Below are positions 9,726 through 20,906 of a DNA stretch of 64,000 nucleotides, piece after piece (within the stretch, counting starts at the first letter, position 1; each line of letters opens with the position of its first letter). The notes beneath the pieces were generated by a model that worked only from the letters and a program-made list of their open reading frames with translations, ran no database searches and had not been told where the DNA came from. Both the position numbers and the translations under genes were made by a program. The DNA lies in the NCBI GenBank assembly GCA_964612595.1, contig CAZTFB010000001.1, forward strand, positions 195,058 through 259,057. Reading direction: 5' to 3'. This stretch comes from an uncultured Gammaproteobacteria bacterium (GTDB lineage: Bacteria > Patescibacteriota > Microgenomatia > UBA1406 > HO2-37-13b).

Positions 9726-11132
9726 GTGACAAATTTTGATATCTACCAATCTCCTTTTTCCTACCGCTATGGTTCTGATGAAATGCGAAAAATATGGTCT
9801 GAGAATCATAAGTGGGAGCTTGCATCACAACTATGGACAGAGGTAGCTCGTGCACAACACATTGCAGGTATTGTTACTGCTGAGGAACTTGCTGACTTAG
9901 AAGCACATATTGGTAGTATAGATTTTAATAGATTATGCGAAATTGAGCGTGAAACAAGACATGATGTGGTTGCGGGTATTCGGGCATTTCAAGAAATGGC
10001 TACTATTGGAGGACGTGTCATACATCATGGCATGACCTCAGAAGATATGACCTCAAACGTTGATGCAATGCGAAATCGTGAGGCGCTTGGCATTGTTCGT
10101 GATGGTCTAGATGATACGCTACTCGGCTTCGCCGAACGCATCGAAGAGCTTGCTGACATGCCGTGCATGGGGTGGACGCATATGCAGCCAGCAGAACCGG
10201 TAACTGTTGGTTATCGACTTGCCGTACATGCACATAATCTACTTGATGATCGCAGGCGACTCGAGTGGACAATGGATAATATTCGTGCGAAAGGTATAAA
10301 AGGGGCTGTTGGCAGCGCCGCGTCATTTCAGGCAATACTAGATGGTACAGACATGACAGCCGCGCAACTTGAAGAGATGGTTATGGATCGCCTCGGCCTA
10401 CGCCCCGCACTTATCACTGCACAAGTTGCACCAAGAAAATACGACGCCTGGATTGCAGATGCACTTATGGGAATAGGAGATAGTCTCTATCAGTTTGGAT
10501 TAAATGCACGAATTTTACAATCACCTCCATTCGGTGAATGGTCAGAGTCTCGTGAAAAGGGACAGGTTGGCTCATCTGCTATGCCGTGGAAAAAGAACCC
10601 AGTTGGTGCTGAGAATGTCATGTCTCTAGCTAGAGGTATTATGGGAGACCAAGTAAACGCTCATGCTGTCGCAATGAATCAGGTTCTTGAGCGTGGTATT
10701 GATGATTCTGGGGATCGAAGAATTACAAACCCCGACATGTTTCTGCGCGCAGATGAAGCATTGCGTCGAACAAACAAGTTAGTGAGAGGACTTGTTATTC
10801 ATGAATCCGCCGTTCAGCGACATTTAGATACGTATGGCCCATTTGCTGCTATTGAAAAAGTCTTAGCGGCAGCTGTTGAGAGTGGAGCTGACCGCCAAGC
10901 AACACATGAAGTTCTACGCGAGATAGCACTTGAAGCATCAGCAGCGGTTGAAAGAGGTGAGGCTAATCCTCTCGTCGATATGGCACTGGAAAGTCAATTA
11001 CTATCCGAAACAAGTCAATTGCCGAGAGAGCGCATTGCTGAGCTGTTTGAGGATGATATTCGCCTACACACTGGGACGGCTGCAGATCGCAGCCGCCAGC
11101 TTGTTGAGGAAATTCGGGCTACTTGCCAATAA
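9726..11132 (+). CDS. purB: adenylosuccinate lyase
   Basis: Fumarate-lyase signature GSSAMPWKKNP and N-terminal YRYGSDEMRKIWSE. The track start 9582 lies inside a TATAAT box, so GTG 9726 is proposed; the start remains uncertain. Visibly GC-richer than its neighbours. Confidence 0.85.
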   Translation: MTNFDIYQSPFSYRYGSDEMRKIWSENHKWELASQLWTEVARAQHIAGIVTAEELADLEAHIGSIDFNRLCEIERETRHDVVAGIRAFQEMATIGGRVIHHGMTSEDMTSNVDAMRNREALGIVRDGLDDTLLGFAERIEELADMPCMGWTHMQPAEPVTVGYRLAVHAHNLLDDRRRLEWTMDNIRAKGIKGAVGSAASFQAILDGTDMTAAQLEEMVMDRLGLRPALITAQVAPRKYDAWIADALMGIGDSLYQFGLNARILQSPPFGEWSESREKGQVGSSAMPWKKNPVGAENVMSLARGIMGDQVNAHAVAMNQVLERGIDDSGDRRITNPDMFLRADEALRRTNKLVRGLVIHESAVQRHLDTYGPFAAIEKVLAAAVESGADRQATHEVLREIALEASAAVERGEANPLVDMALESQLLSETSQLPRERIAELFEDDIRLHTGTAADRSRQLVEEIRATCQ

Positions 11133-13596
11133 TTTTTTTGACCTCCTCGATGGTCATTTTATCAATTATTGCCTTTTGCTCATCCTTATCACTTGGTAGT
11201 TTCAGTCGATACATTTTCTTGTCACCATCTTTTTTTATAAATGGTCCCCACCTACCCTGTAGAATACGTATTTTTTCTTCTTTCCATTCTTTTAGCGTGC
11301 GATCTTTATCTCTCTTAGCCTTTTCCTGAATGAGCTCAACAGCCTGCGTACCTGTTATCGTCGCAAATTCATAGCCCGATTTCTTTGAGATTGGCACATA
11401 ACTATTATTCCACTTTACGTAAGGACCAAATCGTCCAACACCTTTAGTGATTGGAAGTCCCTCGTATTCTCCAATAGGAGCTTTTTCTTTCATTTTCTCT
11501 TCAATAATAGGTTTGGCATCATTAAGTTGCATACTGAAGAGATCAAGATTGCGAGGAATACTGATATAATCATCTCCATATTTAATGTATGGCCCAAATC
11601 GACCTCGACTTATCATCACATCACGATCATTAAGAGTGCCTAATGATTTAGGTAGCTCAAAAAGCTTCATGGCATCCTCAAGAGTGATCGTTTCGATCGA
11701 TTGACCTAACATAAGACCAGCATAATGAGGTTTCTCGTCGCCCAATTCTTCCTTTGTACCAATTTGAGCAACGGGGCCAAATTTACTTAAACGTACAAGA
11801 ATTGTTCTTCCTGTTTTGGGGTCCTTACCTAATACTCGTTCACCAGACTCCCGACCAGCAGTTTCAAGAGTGTCTTTGACAGTTTTAATGAATGGTTTGA
11901 AATATTTATCAACTGTTTTTTGCCAGTTTACTTTTCCTGCCGCAATTTCATCAAGTTTATCTTCAACCTCAGCAGTAAATGAGTATTGCATAATCTCTTT
12001 AAAATTCTCATTGAGAAAATCAGTGACAACCATACCCATATCGTTTGCAAAAAGCTTGTTTTTTTGTGCTCCGGCAACCTCGCTGACAGAACTCTCTTTG
12101 ATTGTCTTGTCGGTTAAGATTAATTTAATATAGTCTGTTGGCGTACCTTCTCTCGTTTCTTTGGATACATATCCTCTTGTAGGCGAGGTTATCTTGTCAA
12201 TAGTGGGCGCATAGGTTGATGGTCTTCCGATACCTAATTCTTCAAGTTTCTTAACAAGGGTTGCTTCCGTATATCTAGCTGGAGCTTTTGAAAAGCGCTG
12301 CAAAGCTTGAATTTCAGAATATTTAACTTTCTGACCTTCTTCAAGTTGAGGAAGGATAATATCTTCAAGACTTTGAGAGGTATTCTTATATAGCTTCATA
12401 AAGCCGTCAAAGATTATTACTTCTCCATGTGCTTTAAATGAATGTTTGCTATGTGAGTTCTTTATCTCAACATCGGTTTTATCTACCTTTGCATCGGCCA
12501 TTTGTGAAGCTAATGTGCGTAAGCGTATAAGCTCATACAGCTTTTGTTCATCACGGTTTTGGGATACGTGCTCCTTGTCTATATACGATGGACGTATGGC
12601 TTCATGCGCCTCTTGAGCAAGTTTTGACTTACTTTTAAAGTTACGAACAGTAAGATATTCCTTTCCATACGTTCCTTCGACGTATGATGCAATAGAAGCA
12701 AGTGCTATGTTGCTTATACTTATAGAATCTGTTCTCATATAAGTAATAAATCCTTGCTCATAAAGTTTTTGAGCTGTCGACATGGTTCTTTTTACTGAAA
12801 AGCCAAGCCTTTGGGCTGCTACCTGCTGGAGCATAGATGTAGTAAGTGGTGCAGGTGGTTTCCTTGTAGAGGGTGACTGTTTAATTGATGTAACAGTAAA
12901 TTCGGCATCAAGACAATTCTCTAAAAATTTCTTTGTAGAATCGAGATCTTTCAGTGTTGTATCAAGTTCAGCTGGAAAGGATTCATTTTTATTCCCACTC
13001 AAAAACATAGCAGTAACTTTATATTGTTCCACTGGTTTAAATGCGCCAATTTCGCGTTCACGCTCAACAACAAGCTTTACAGCAACAGATTGAACACGTC
13101 CAGCCGACAACTTTCCTCGAACTTTTTTCCACAGTAAGCCAGATAATTCAAATCCGAATAGTCGATCAAGTACCCTACGAGCTTGTTGCGCATCTACAAG
13201 TGCAGTATCAATAGCACGTGGATGCTCTATAGCTGCCAGAATAGCTTGGGGAGTAATTTCAGTGAACGTAATTCGGGAAATCTTTGTATCGGGTAATTTT
13301 AGTACTTCTTTTAAATGCCAGGAAATTGCCTCTCCTTCGCGATCCTCATCCGTTGCAAGAATAAATGTATCGTACTTTGGTATAAGCTTTTTAAGCTCAG
13401 AGACAGTTTTCTTCTTAGCATCGGGCACTACATAGTGTGGGAGATACTCGTTGTCAATTTCGACACCGGTATTTTTATAGCCATCTTTCGCAAGATCTCT
13501 TACATGTCCATAGGAGGAACGCACACTGTAGTCCTTTCCTAGAATTTTTTCAATGGTTTTTGCCTTTGCAGGCGACTCGACAATAACTAGATTCAT
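11119..13596 (-). CDS. topA: DNA topoisomerase I
   Basis: MNLVIVESPAKAKTIEKILG, Toprim TDEDREGE, active-site context ITYMRTDS. The C-terminus has three Cys-free GRFGPY/GRWGPF repeats instead of zinc ribbons. Confidence 0.95.
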   Translation of the reverse strand: MNLVIVESPAKAKTIEKILGKDYSVRSSYGHVRDLAKDGYKNTGVEIDNEYLPHYVVPDAKKKTVSELKKLIPKYDTFILATDEDREGEAISWHLKEVLKLPDTKISRITFTEITPQAILAAIEHPRAIDTALVDAQQARRVLDRLFGFELSGLLWKKVRGKLSAGRVQSVAVKLVVEREREIGAFKPVEQYKVTAMFLSGNKNESFPAELDTTLKDLDSTKKFLENCLDAEFTVTSIKQSPSTRKPPAPLTTSMLQQVAAQRLGFSVKRTMSTAQKLYEQGFITYMRTDSISISNIALASIASYVEGTYGKEYLTVRNFKSKSKLAQEAHEAIRPSYIDKEHVSQNRDEQKLYELIRLRTLASQMADAKVDKTDVEIKNSHSKHSFKAHGEVIIFDGFMKLYKNTSQSLEDIILPQLEEGQKVKYSEIQALQRFSKAPARYTEATLVKKLEELGIGRPSTYAPTIDKITSPTRGYVSKETREGTPTDYIKLILTDKTIKESSVSEVAGAQKNKLFANDMGMVVTDFLNENFKEIMQYSFTAEVEDKLDEIAAGKVNWQKTVDKYFKPFIKTVKDTLETAGRESGERVLGKDPKTGRTILVRLSKFGPVAQIGTKEELGDEKPHYAGLMLGQSIETITLEDAMKLFELPKSLGTLNDRDVMISRGRFGPYIKYGDDYISIPRNLDLFSMQLNDAKPIIEEKMKEKAPIGEYEGLPITKGVGRFGPYVKWNNSYVPISKKSGYEFATITGTQAVELIQEKAKRDKDRTLKEWKEEKIRILQGRWGPFIKKDGDKKMYRLKLPSDKDEQKAIIDKMTIEEVKKIIGK

Positions 13597-13721
13597 GGTT
13601 ACAAGTCAAAATAATAACGTATTTCGAAGTGTATAACAAGAAGGTTAAAGAATTATTATCGAGTCAAGGTTAAACACTTTTTTAAAATTTAAGCGTCATT
13701 TAAATGTTCATTAAGAACCTA

Positions 13722-13737
13722 TTTGCGGAATATTATA
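13722..13737 (-). other. 3'-flank arm of the 23S processing stem
   Basis: TTTGCGGAATATTATA is the perfect reverse complement of 17667-17682. This is the typical RNase III processing helix bracketing a 23S rRNA. Confidence 0.7.
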
Positions 13738-14113
13738 GTCGTCCATTAGTACACATGGGCTAAAAGCATTACTGCTCTTACACCGTGCGCCTATCAACCC
13801 AGTAATCTCCTGGGGGACTAATAAGGAATTCTAATCTCGAGGTAAGCTTCATACTTGAGATGCTTTCAGTATTTATCTCATAGGAATATAGCTACCCAGC
13901 GCTGCCCTTGTGGGACAACTGGTACACCAGGGATTCCCTCTTCTCGGTCCTCTCGTACTAGAGAAGAGCCCTCTCAAAATTCCAATCGCCTGCACCGGAT
14001 AGAGTCCGAGCTGTCTCACGACGCTCTGAACCCAGCTCGCGTACCGTTTTAATGGGCGAACAGACCAACCCTTGGGACCTGCTACGGCCCCAGGATACGG
14101 TGAGCCGACATCG

Positions 14114-14929
14114 CACTATATCCACTATTACTAGCGGTGTGGACTATATCTTCATCCTATACGTCTGATATAGGAGTTGGCGTGTTAGCATAGAATGATG
14201 TCTTCTACGCTCTCTTTGGTTATTAGGCCAAAGAAGTCTCTAGGGGGTCATATTTCAAGTTTATACCTCATGGAAGGTATAATAAATGGCTCTATTAGTT
14301 CTTGTAAGTGATTTAGACTAGATTTTAAAAATCTAATTCGAAAGTAGTGCTTATCTTTATTAAGTCTTACCTTCAAACCAAGATTGTCAAGAATTCCAAT
14401 AAGATTGTTTTGACTTTTTAGATCAAATTGCTGTGTGTTTAAATATACATCAGACGCTCGACATTTACTGCCGTCGTCCATGTACCACACTGCCAAACTT
14501 AATGGGTCTATTGATATATTAGGAATAGATTTCTTCCCATCCTTATAAAACTTTAAATAAAGTTTTGTAAGTTGGGGAAGTTGTCTGGTAAAAAAGCGAT
14601 ACGCCATTCTGTTTCCATTACCTTTACGCATTATTGGTGCGTTTTTTGTAATAGATCTCAAATAATCATATTTCCAATCAACATATTCTTTTTGTTGATA
14701 AGAATGATTAATCTCGAGAAAAGCATTGCTTCTTCCAGGCACTATTCTTAAATATCCATCACCTAACAAGGACCCTATTACCACAGACATTTGTACTTGA
14801 GATAGACTTCCCACGGTATTGTCCATATTATTTGTAGTTTATACTACACGCTTCGTATGGAGTCCACCGTTATAAGCCACTTGTTTTTGTACGGTATTGC
14901 TACCATAGGCACCCCATTTGTCGTCTTCA
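14114..14929 (-). mobile_element. group I intron in 23S rRNA (between equivalents of E. coli U2500 and C2501)
   Basis: The conserved segment ..GGCACCU|CGAUGUCGGCUC.. is split by 816 nt. The upstream exon ends in U, and the intron's last base is G. Intron nt 16-22, GGGUGCC, can pair with exon GGCACCU to give a P1 helix with a U-G pair at the splice site. The intron contains a LAGLIDADG ORF. Confidence 0.75.
14248..14826 (-). CDS. LAGLIDADG homing endonuclease (intron-encoded, two-motif type)
   Basis: 192 aa with motifs [11 protein letters not shown] and AVWYMDDGS. It lies wholly inside the 23S insertion. Confidence 0.85.
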   Translation of the reverse strand: MDNTVGSLSQVQMSVVIGSLLGDGYLRIVPGRSNAFLEINHSYQQKEYVDWKYDYLRSITKNAPIMRKGNGNRMAYRFFTRQLPQLTKLYLKFYKDGKKSIPNISIDPLSLAVWYMDDGSKCRASDVYLNTQQFDLKSQNNLIGILDNLGLKVRLNKDKHYFRIRFLKSSLNHLQELIEPFIIPSMRYKLEI

Positions 14930-14972
14930 AGGTGCCGAACCTCCCCGTCGATATGAACTCTCAGGGGAGACA

Positions 14973-15005
<33 letters not shown>

Positions 15006-15260
15006 AAGCCCCGCCGGCAATCATAGCCGATCGGGGGATCACTAACGCCTTCTTTCGAATCTGATCGGGATGTATCCCTCACAGTTAAGCTGGCTTTTGC
15101 GTTTACACATACATTCCGATTTCCATCCGGAATAAGCCAACCTTTGCGCTCCTCCGTTACTTTTTAGGAGGAAACCGCCCCAGTTAAACTGACCACCTAC
15201 TACTGTCCCCCGTAAAACGAGGTCAGACTCAAAGCTTTTAAAGAGAGGTGTTTCATTGGT

Positions 15261-15325
15261 GTCAGCTCCAATCTATACTATAGGTATTCTATTATGTTTA
15301 TCCTATAGTATAAATTGGAGCTGAC
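15261..15325 (-). repeat. 23S hairpin insert a
   Basis: 24-bp stem with 1 mismatch (GTCAGCTCCAATCTATACTATAGG / CCTATAGTATAAATTGGAGCTGAC) and a 17-nt loop. Confidence 0.8.
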
Positions 15326-15477
15326 TCCCTCCTACGCTAAACAGTTAAAAGCCTCTTATCAATAATAAGTTTCAGTAAAGCTCCCGGGGTCTTCTTGTCC
15401 AGGTGCAGGAAGGCCGCATCTTCACAGCCATTTCAATTTCGCCGAGCAGTAGTTCAAGACAGTTTTCAACTTGTTAA

Positions 15478-15511
<34 letters not shown>

Positions 15512-15711
15512 GGCTACGCTACCTTAGAACGGTCAGAGTTACCGCTGTCGTTCACCGGAGCTTGAATCAGAGCCTTGTCCGAAATAAATCGGACTCAACC
15601 CCAATTCTTGACTTACCGGCACTGGACAGGCCTCACCCCCTATACTTCCCGTTTCCGGTTTGCAGGGAGCTGTGTTTTTGCTAAACAGTCAGTTGAAAGT
15701 CATTTGCTGCG

Positions 15712-15776
15712 CCCAGCCCCAATTTGATACCCGATCTATGATTTTACTCTCGATCCGATCTCAAATTGGGGCTGGG
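15712..15776 (-). repeat. 23S hairpin insert b
   Basis: Perfect 16-bp stem CCCAGCCCCAATTTGA / TCAAATTGGGGCTGGG. Confidence 0.8.
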
Positions 15777-15974
15777 AGGACATATCCCTAAGTTACGTCC
15801 AGCTAATTTGCCGAGTTCCTTGAACCACCCTTACTCGATTGCCTTAGTCTTCTCGACCAATCCACCTGTGTCGGTTTGCGGTACGGACAAATATAAAACT
15901 CCCAGAACGGCTTTTCCCGGAAACATAACGAAGCAATCTCCCTCGACTTGCGTCAAAGTTGTATTCACAGCTCT

Positions 15975-16032
15975 CCAGCTCTATTTGAGCTCTATAGATT
16001 GTACAAAACCCATAAAACACAAATAGAGCTGG
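15975..16032 (-). repeat. 23S hairpin insert c
   Basis: Perfect 13-bp stem CCAGCTCTATTTG / CAAATAGAGCTGG. Confidence 0.8.
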
Positions 16033-16411
16033 ATTGCTGCTTAAACCCCCATATAGAAGGCACTGCATATCATATTTCGTCACCACAATGGTAATAACGC
16101 TTTATACTTGGTAGCCGAATATTAACGGCTTGTACATCGAGATCCGCCTTTCGGCAGGACCCTTAGATCCGACTAACCCTCAGCCGATGTACGTTGCTGA
16201 GGAAACCTTGGATTTTCGGCATCCTGAATTTTCATCAGGAGTATACGCTACTCATGCCAGCATTCTCACTTCTGTACGCTCCACCACACCTTACAGTTAT
16301 AGCTTCAGTGCATACAGAAAGCTCCCCTACCGCGACCTCAATATAAATATTGAAACCACCTCCAGCTTCGGTATATTGTTTGAGCCTCGATCATTTTCGG
16401 CGCAAGGTCTC

Positions 16412-16478
16412 ATACCAGCTCCATTTAATACTATAGTTGTCGCTATATAAGACCTATAGTACTAAATGGAGCTGGTAT
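16412..16478 (-). repeat. 23S hairpin insert d (helix-45 region)
   Basis: 25-bp stem with 1 mismatch (ATACCAGCTCCATTTAATACTATAG / CTATAGTACTAAATGGAGCTGGTAT) and a 17-nt loop. It has no counterpart in the E. coli sequence as I recall it. Confidence 0.8.
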
Positions 16479-17038
16479 ATTACGGTGAGCTGTTACGCTT
16501 TCTTTAAAAGGTGGCTGCTTCTAAGCCAACTTCCCGTCTGTCTTTGAAACCTCACAACCTTTACCACTTAACAATAATTTGGAGACCTTAGCTGGGAGTC
16601 TGGGCTGTTTCCCTTTCGACCATACTCGCTTATCCGAGCAAGTCTGACTCCTTTCGATTTTAACAGTGAGTATTCGGAGTTTGGTTAATCCTAGTTACCA
16701 AAGGCTCCTAGGACTATCCAGTGCTCTACCCCTCACCTTACTCGAAAAGGCTATACCTAAATATATCTCGGGGAGAACCAGCTATCTCTAAGTTCGATAG
16801 GCATATTACCACTAACCACAAGTCATCCCAAGTCATTTCACCGACAACGAGTGCGGGCCTCCCCCTGTCTTTCGACAAGGTTCACCCTGCTCATGGTTAG
16901 CTCACTTAGTTTCGGGTCTTTTAACAGCTACTGAACGCCCTATTCAGACTCGCTTTCGCTATGGCTTCCCAACTTAATTGGTTAACCTTGCAGCTGCTAA
17001 AAACTCGCTGGCTCATTCTTCAATAGGCACGACATCAT

Positions 17039-17101
17039 CCCGCTCTATTTAGCACTCTATATTCGATTGTAGAGTTGGTCTAAAATGCTAAATAGAGCGG
17101 G
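17039..17101 (-). repeat. 23S hairpin insert e (helix-25 region)
   Basis: Perfect 16-bp stem CCCGCTCTATTTAGCA / TGCTAAATAGAGCGGG, with an inner CTCTA..TAGAG stem. Confidence 0.8.
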
Positions 17102-17160
17102 ACCCTGTCTGCTTGTTAGCTAACGGTTTCAGGTACTATTTCACTCCCCTCACCGGGGGA

Positions 17161-17201
<41 letters not shown>

Positions 17202-17666
17202 ATGTAAGTATTTAGCCTTGGAGCATGACCGCCCCAGTTTCCCACAAGGTTTGCCGTGCCTCGTGGTACTTGGGAATCAGACTAGGGCACAAGTTATTTT
17301 CGACTACAGGGCTATCACCTTCTATGGCCGTCCTTTCCAGAACGTTTATCTAACAACTTATGATCCCATATCGTCTGTCCCGCAACACCCAATTCTTAAT
17401 TTGGGTTTAGGCTCCTCCGCTTTCGCTCGCCGCTACTCACAGAATCTCTATTGATTTCTTTTCCTCCGGTTACTTAGATGTTTCAGTTCACCGGGTTCCC
17501 TACCAATTGATAAATCAACTGGCTCAGTCATATTACTATGACCGGGGTTGTCCCATTCGGAAACCACCGATTGATAGCGCCTGTCTGAGGGCTCATCGAT
17601 GATATCGTGCTCATACACACGTCCTTCTTCGGCTTACATTGCCAAGGCATCCGCCGTTAGCTTTAA

Positions 17667-17682
17667 TATAATATTCCGCAAA
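17667..17682 (-). other. 5'-flank arm of the 23S processing stem
   Basis: TATAATATTCCGCAAA is complementary to 13722-13737. Confidence 0.7.
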
Positions 17683-17781
17683 CAAATTCTTAATAAAATT
17701 GAACTCTTTAAATGATGCTATTCTTCCTTTACTTAAATTTTGATTTCCCGAATTGTCAATGAGCTCCCATTTTTGTGGGTG

Positions 17782-17855
17782 TGGACCCGAGGGGATTTGA
17801 ACCCCTGACCTCCCGCGTGCAAGGCGGGCGCTCTAGCCAGCTGAGCTACAGGCCC
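17782..17855 (-). tRNA. tRNA-Ala (UGC)
   Basis: Reverse complement reads GGGCCTGTAGCTCAGCTGGCTAGAGCGCCCGCCTTGCACGCGGGAGGTCAGGGGTTCAAATCCCCTCGGGTCCA. The G3:U70 identity pair is present. Anticodon loop CTTGCAC. Confidence 0.9.
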
Positions 17856-17905
17856 TTTATGTACTTGAAACGACAAAAAAACCACTAATAAAAGTGCTTT
17901 GATCG

Positions 17906-17934
17906 ATTATACGATCACGTGCAAAAAATATCAA
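17906..17934 (-). promoter_or_regulatory. rRNA-unit promoter P2
   Basis: Minus strand reads TTGATA, 17 nt, TATAAT, about 50 nt upstream of tRNA-Ala. Confidence 0.6.
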
Positions 17935-18036
17935 CACTTATCCAAGCTGTTGACCGAAGGCTGATAGGAGGCGAGACTGTGCACGCTCCAGATGCCTAGC
18001 GGACATTTTGTGTCCCTTGTGACATAAAGTAAAAGT

Positions 18037-18065
18037 ATTGTAATAAACGAACTTAATATTGTCAA
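18037..18065 (-). promoter_or_regulatory. rRNA-unit promoter P1
   Basis: Minus strand reads TTGACA, 17 nt, TACAAT, about 180 nt upstream of tRNA-Ala. Confidence 0.6.
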
Positions 18066-18087
18066 CCACAGAGCGCTGTGATATCAT
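18059..18087 (+). promoter_or_regulatory. divergent promoter for the small Cys-rich ORF
   Basis: TTGTCA, 17 nt, TATCAT. Its -35 hexamer overlaps the -35 of P1 on the opposite strand (palindromic TTGTCAA). Confidence 0.45.
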
Positions 18088-18138
18088 AACGATACGATAA
18101 GTATCACACCGGATCATTCAACATGAAAGGAGTACTCA

Positions 18139-18297
18139 ATGATCCTAAAGTATCTGAGACGTGTCCTCTGGGGTGACTATCAGGCATGTGGCGCACAATG
18201 CCCACGCTGCTCTGGATCGTGCTCTGTCAACCTTAATGATGGTGAGCATCGAGGGAAGAAGCATACCTGCGATCAGAATGCCTCGCATATGTGGTGA
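18139..18297 (+). CDS. small Cys-rich protein (52 aa; below the ORF-track length cutoff)
   Basis: AAAGGAG lies 7 nt upstream of ATG 18139. Translation: MILKYLRRVLWGDYQACGAQCPRCSGSCSVNLNDGEHRGKKHTCDQNASHMW. The region is GC-richer than its flanks. It competes with the track ORFs 18161..18358 (+) and 18145..18354 (-), neither of which has an RBS. Confidence 0.35.
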   Translation: MILKYLRRVLWGDYQACGAQCPRCSGSCSVNLNDGEHRGKKHTCDQNASHMW

Positions 18298-18403
18298 TGT
18301 GACTTGCCGAATCTTATCAAAAACTGAGGCGGTCCCATGTAGGGCCGGTGACAACTGAGAGTTAATGGTGCGGAGCTTGCTTCGTGCTTTCGGCTCAAAG
18401 AAG

Positions 18404-19075
18404 TCACCGGCCCTGGGCCGAGACTTCTTTTATCTTGGCATTTCGTAATCCAGAGATTCTATAAACTTCATCTATAAAAAAATCAACCCCATCACAACGA
18501 AGTTTTATGTATGCAGTATTCCCAATTTCAACCTTATCATAATCAAGGTTTTCATACGTATCTACACCCAATGAAATTAGAATATTACGCATCAGTGCAC
18601 CATGGCAAACCATAAGCACACACTTACCTGCGTATGCAAGGCTCACTTCGCGTATAAACAAGATTGCTCTCGAGGCAGATTCAGCTCTTGATTCTGCTGA
18701 TTCATTCATTCTGAAATTTACTCTATCTTCGTCACTCTCAAGTTTTGACAACTTCTCTAATTGACTTTTCGCTATTTCTCTATATTCATCCACAAGTATT
18801 CCTTCAAATTCACCAAAGCACTGCTCGCGAAGCAATTCAGTCGTTGTGACCATAAGTTTCCGTTCTTCAGCGACTATTTCTGCCGTTCTTTTAGCTCTAA
18901 GAAGATCAGAGGAGAATGCTGCATCAAAATGAATCTCTTTTAAATGTTGCGCTAAATTCATTGCTTGGGCAATACCATTCTCATTCAGCTCAATATCTGC
19001 ATGGCCCTGGATTCTTTTCTCATTGTTCCACGCAGTTTCACCGTGTCTAGCAAGATAAATGGTGCAATAATCCAT
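18404..19075 (-). CDS. histidine phosphatase family protein (phosphoglycerate-mutase-like)
   Basis: YLARHGETAWN (RHG motif) and a downstream VCHGALMR His motif. Confidence 0.8.
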   Translation of the reverse strand: MDYCTIYLARHGETAWNNEKRIQGHADIELNENGIAQAMNLAQHLKEIHFDAAFSSDLLRAKRTAEIVAEERKLMVTTTELLREQCFGEFEGILVDEYREIAKSQLEKLSKLESDEDRVNFRMNESAESRAESASRAILFIREVSLAYAGKCVLMVCHGALMRNILISLGVDTYENLDYDKVEIGNTAYIKLRCDGVDFFIDEVYRISGLRNAKIKEVSAQGR

Positions 19076-19500
19076 TATCGAGGTGATGAACTTGGATTTC
19101 GGCGATGCTTTACCTTAGAAAGCAACTGGAGATCGACTGTAGATCTGCGGAGCAACTGCATCGCATCTTTTCTTTCTTGCTCAGTAATATTTTTTGACAA
19201 TAATTCTTCTGCTTGTTTTTGAGCTTTTTTTATTTCTGCCTCATCTATCTCATCCTGTCCGAATGCCCTTGAAACCAATACACTCACCTGTTTTCCATCC
19301 GTTTCAACGTATCCTCCACCAATTGAAAATAAAGTTTCTTCCCTACCTTTTAGAATAGTTACAATGCCCTCCTTAAGCATTGAAAAAAGTGCAACGTGTT
19401 TTGGAAGAATAGTAAGTTCGCCATCAAACCCAGGCACAGTAATTTCGTCAATAGAGTCTTCGAATACAACCTTCTTTGGCGTGATTATTTTTAAGTCCAT
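19075..19500 (-). CDS. atpC: F1 ATP synthase subunit epsilon
   Basis: Last gene of the atp operon. KIITP..VPGFDGELTILPKHVALFS pattern. Confidence 0.85.
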   Translation of the reverse strand: MDLKIITPKKVVFEDSIDEITVPGFDGELTILPKHVALFSMLKEGIVTILKGREETLFSIGGGYVETDGKQVSVLVSRAFGQDEIDEAEIKKAQKQAEELLSKNITEQERKDAMQLLRRSTVDLQLLSKVKHRRNPSSSPR

Positions 19501-19508
19501 ACAGCTAT

Positions 19509-20888
<1,380 letters not shown>

Positions 20889-20906
20889 TTAGTGCAAAAT
20901 TTTTAA

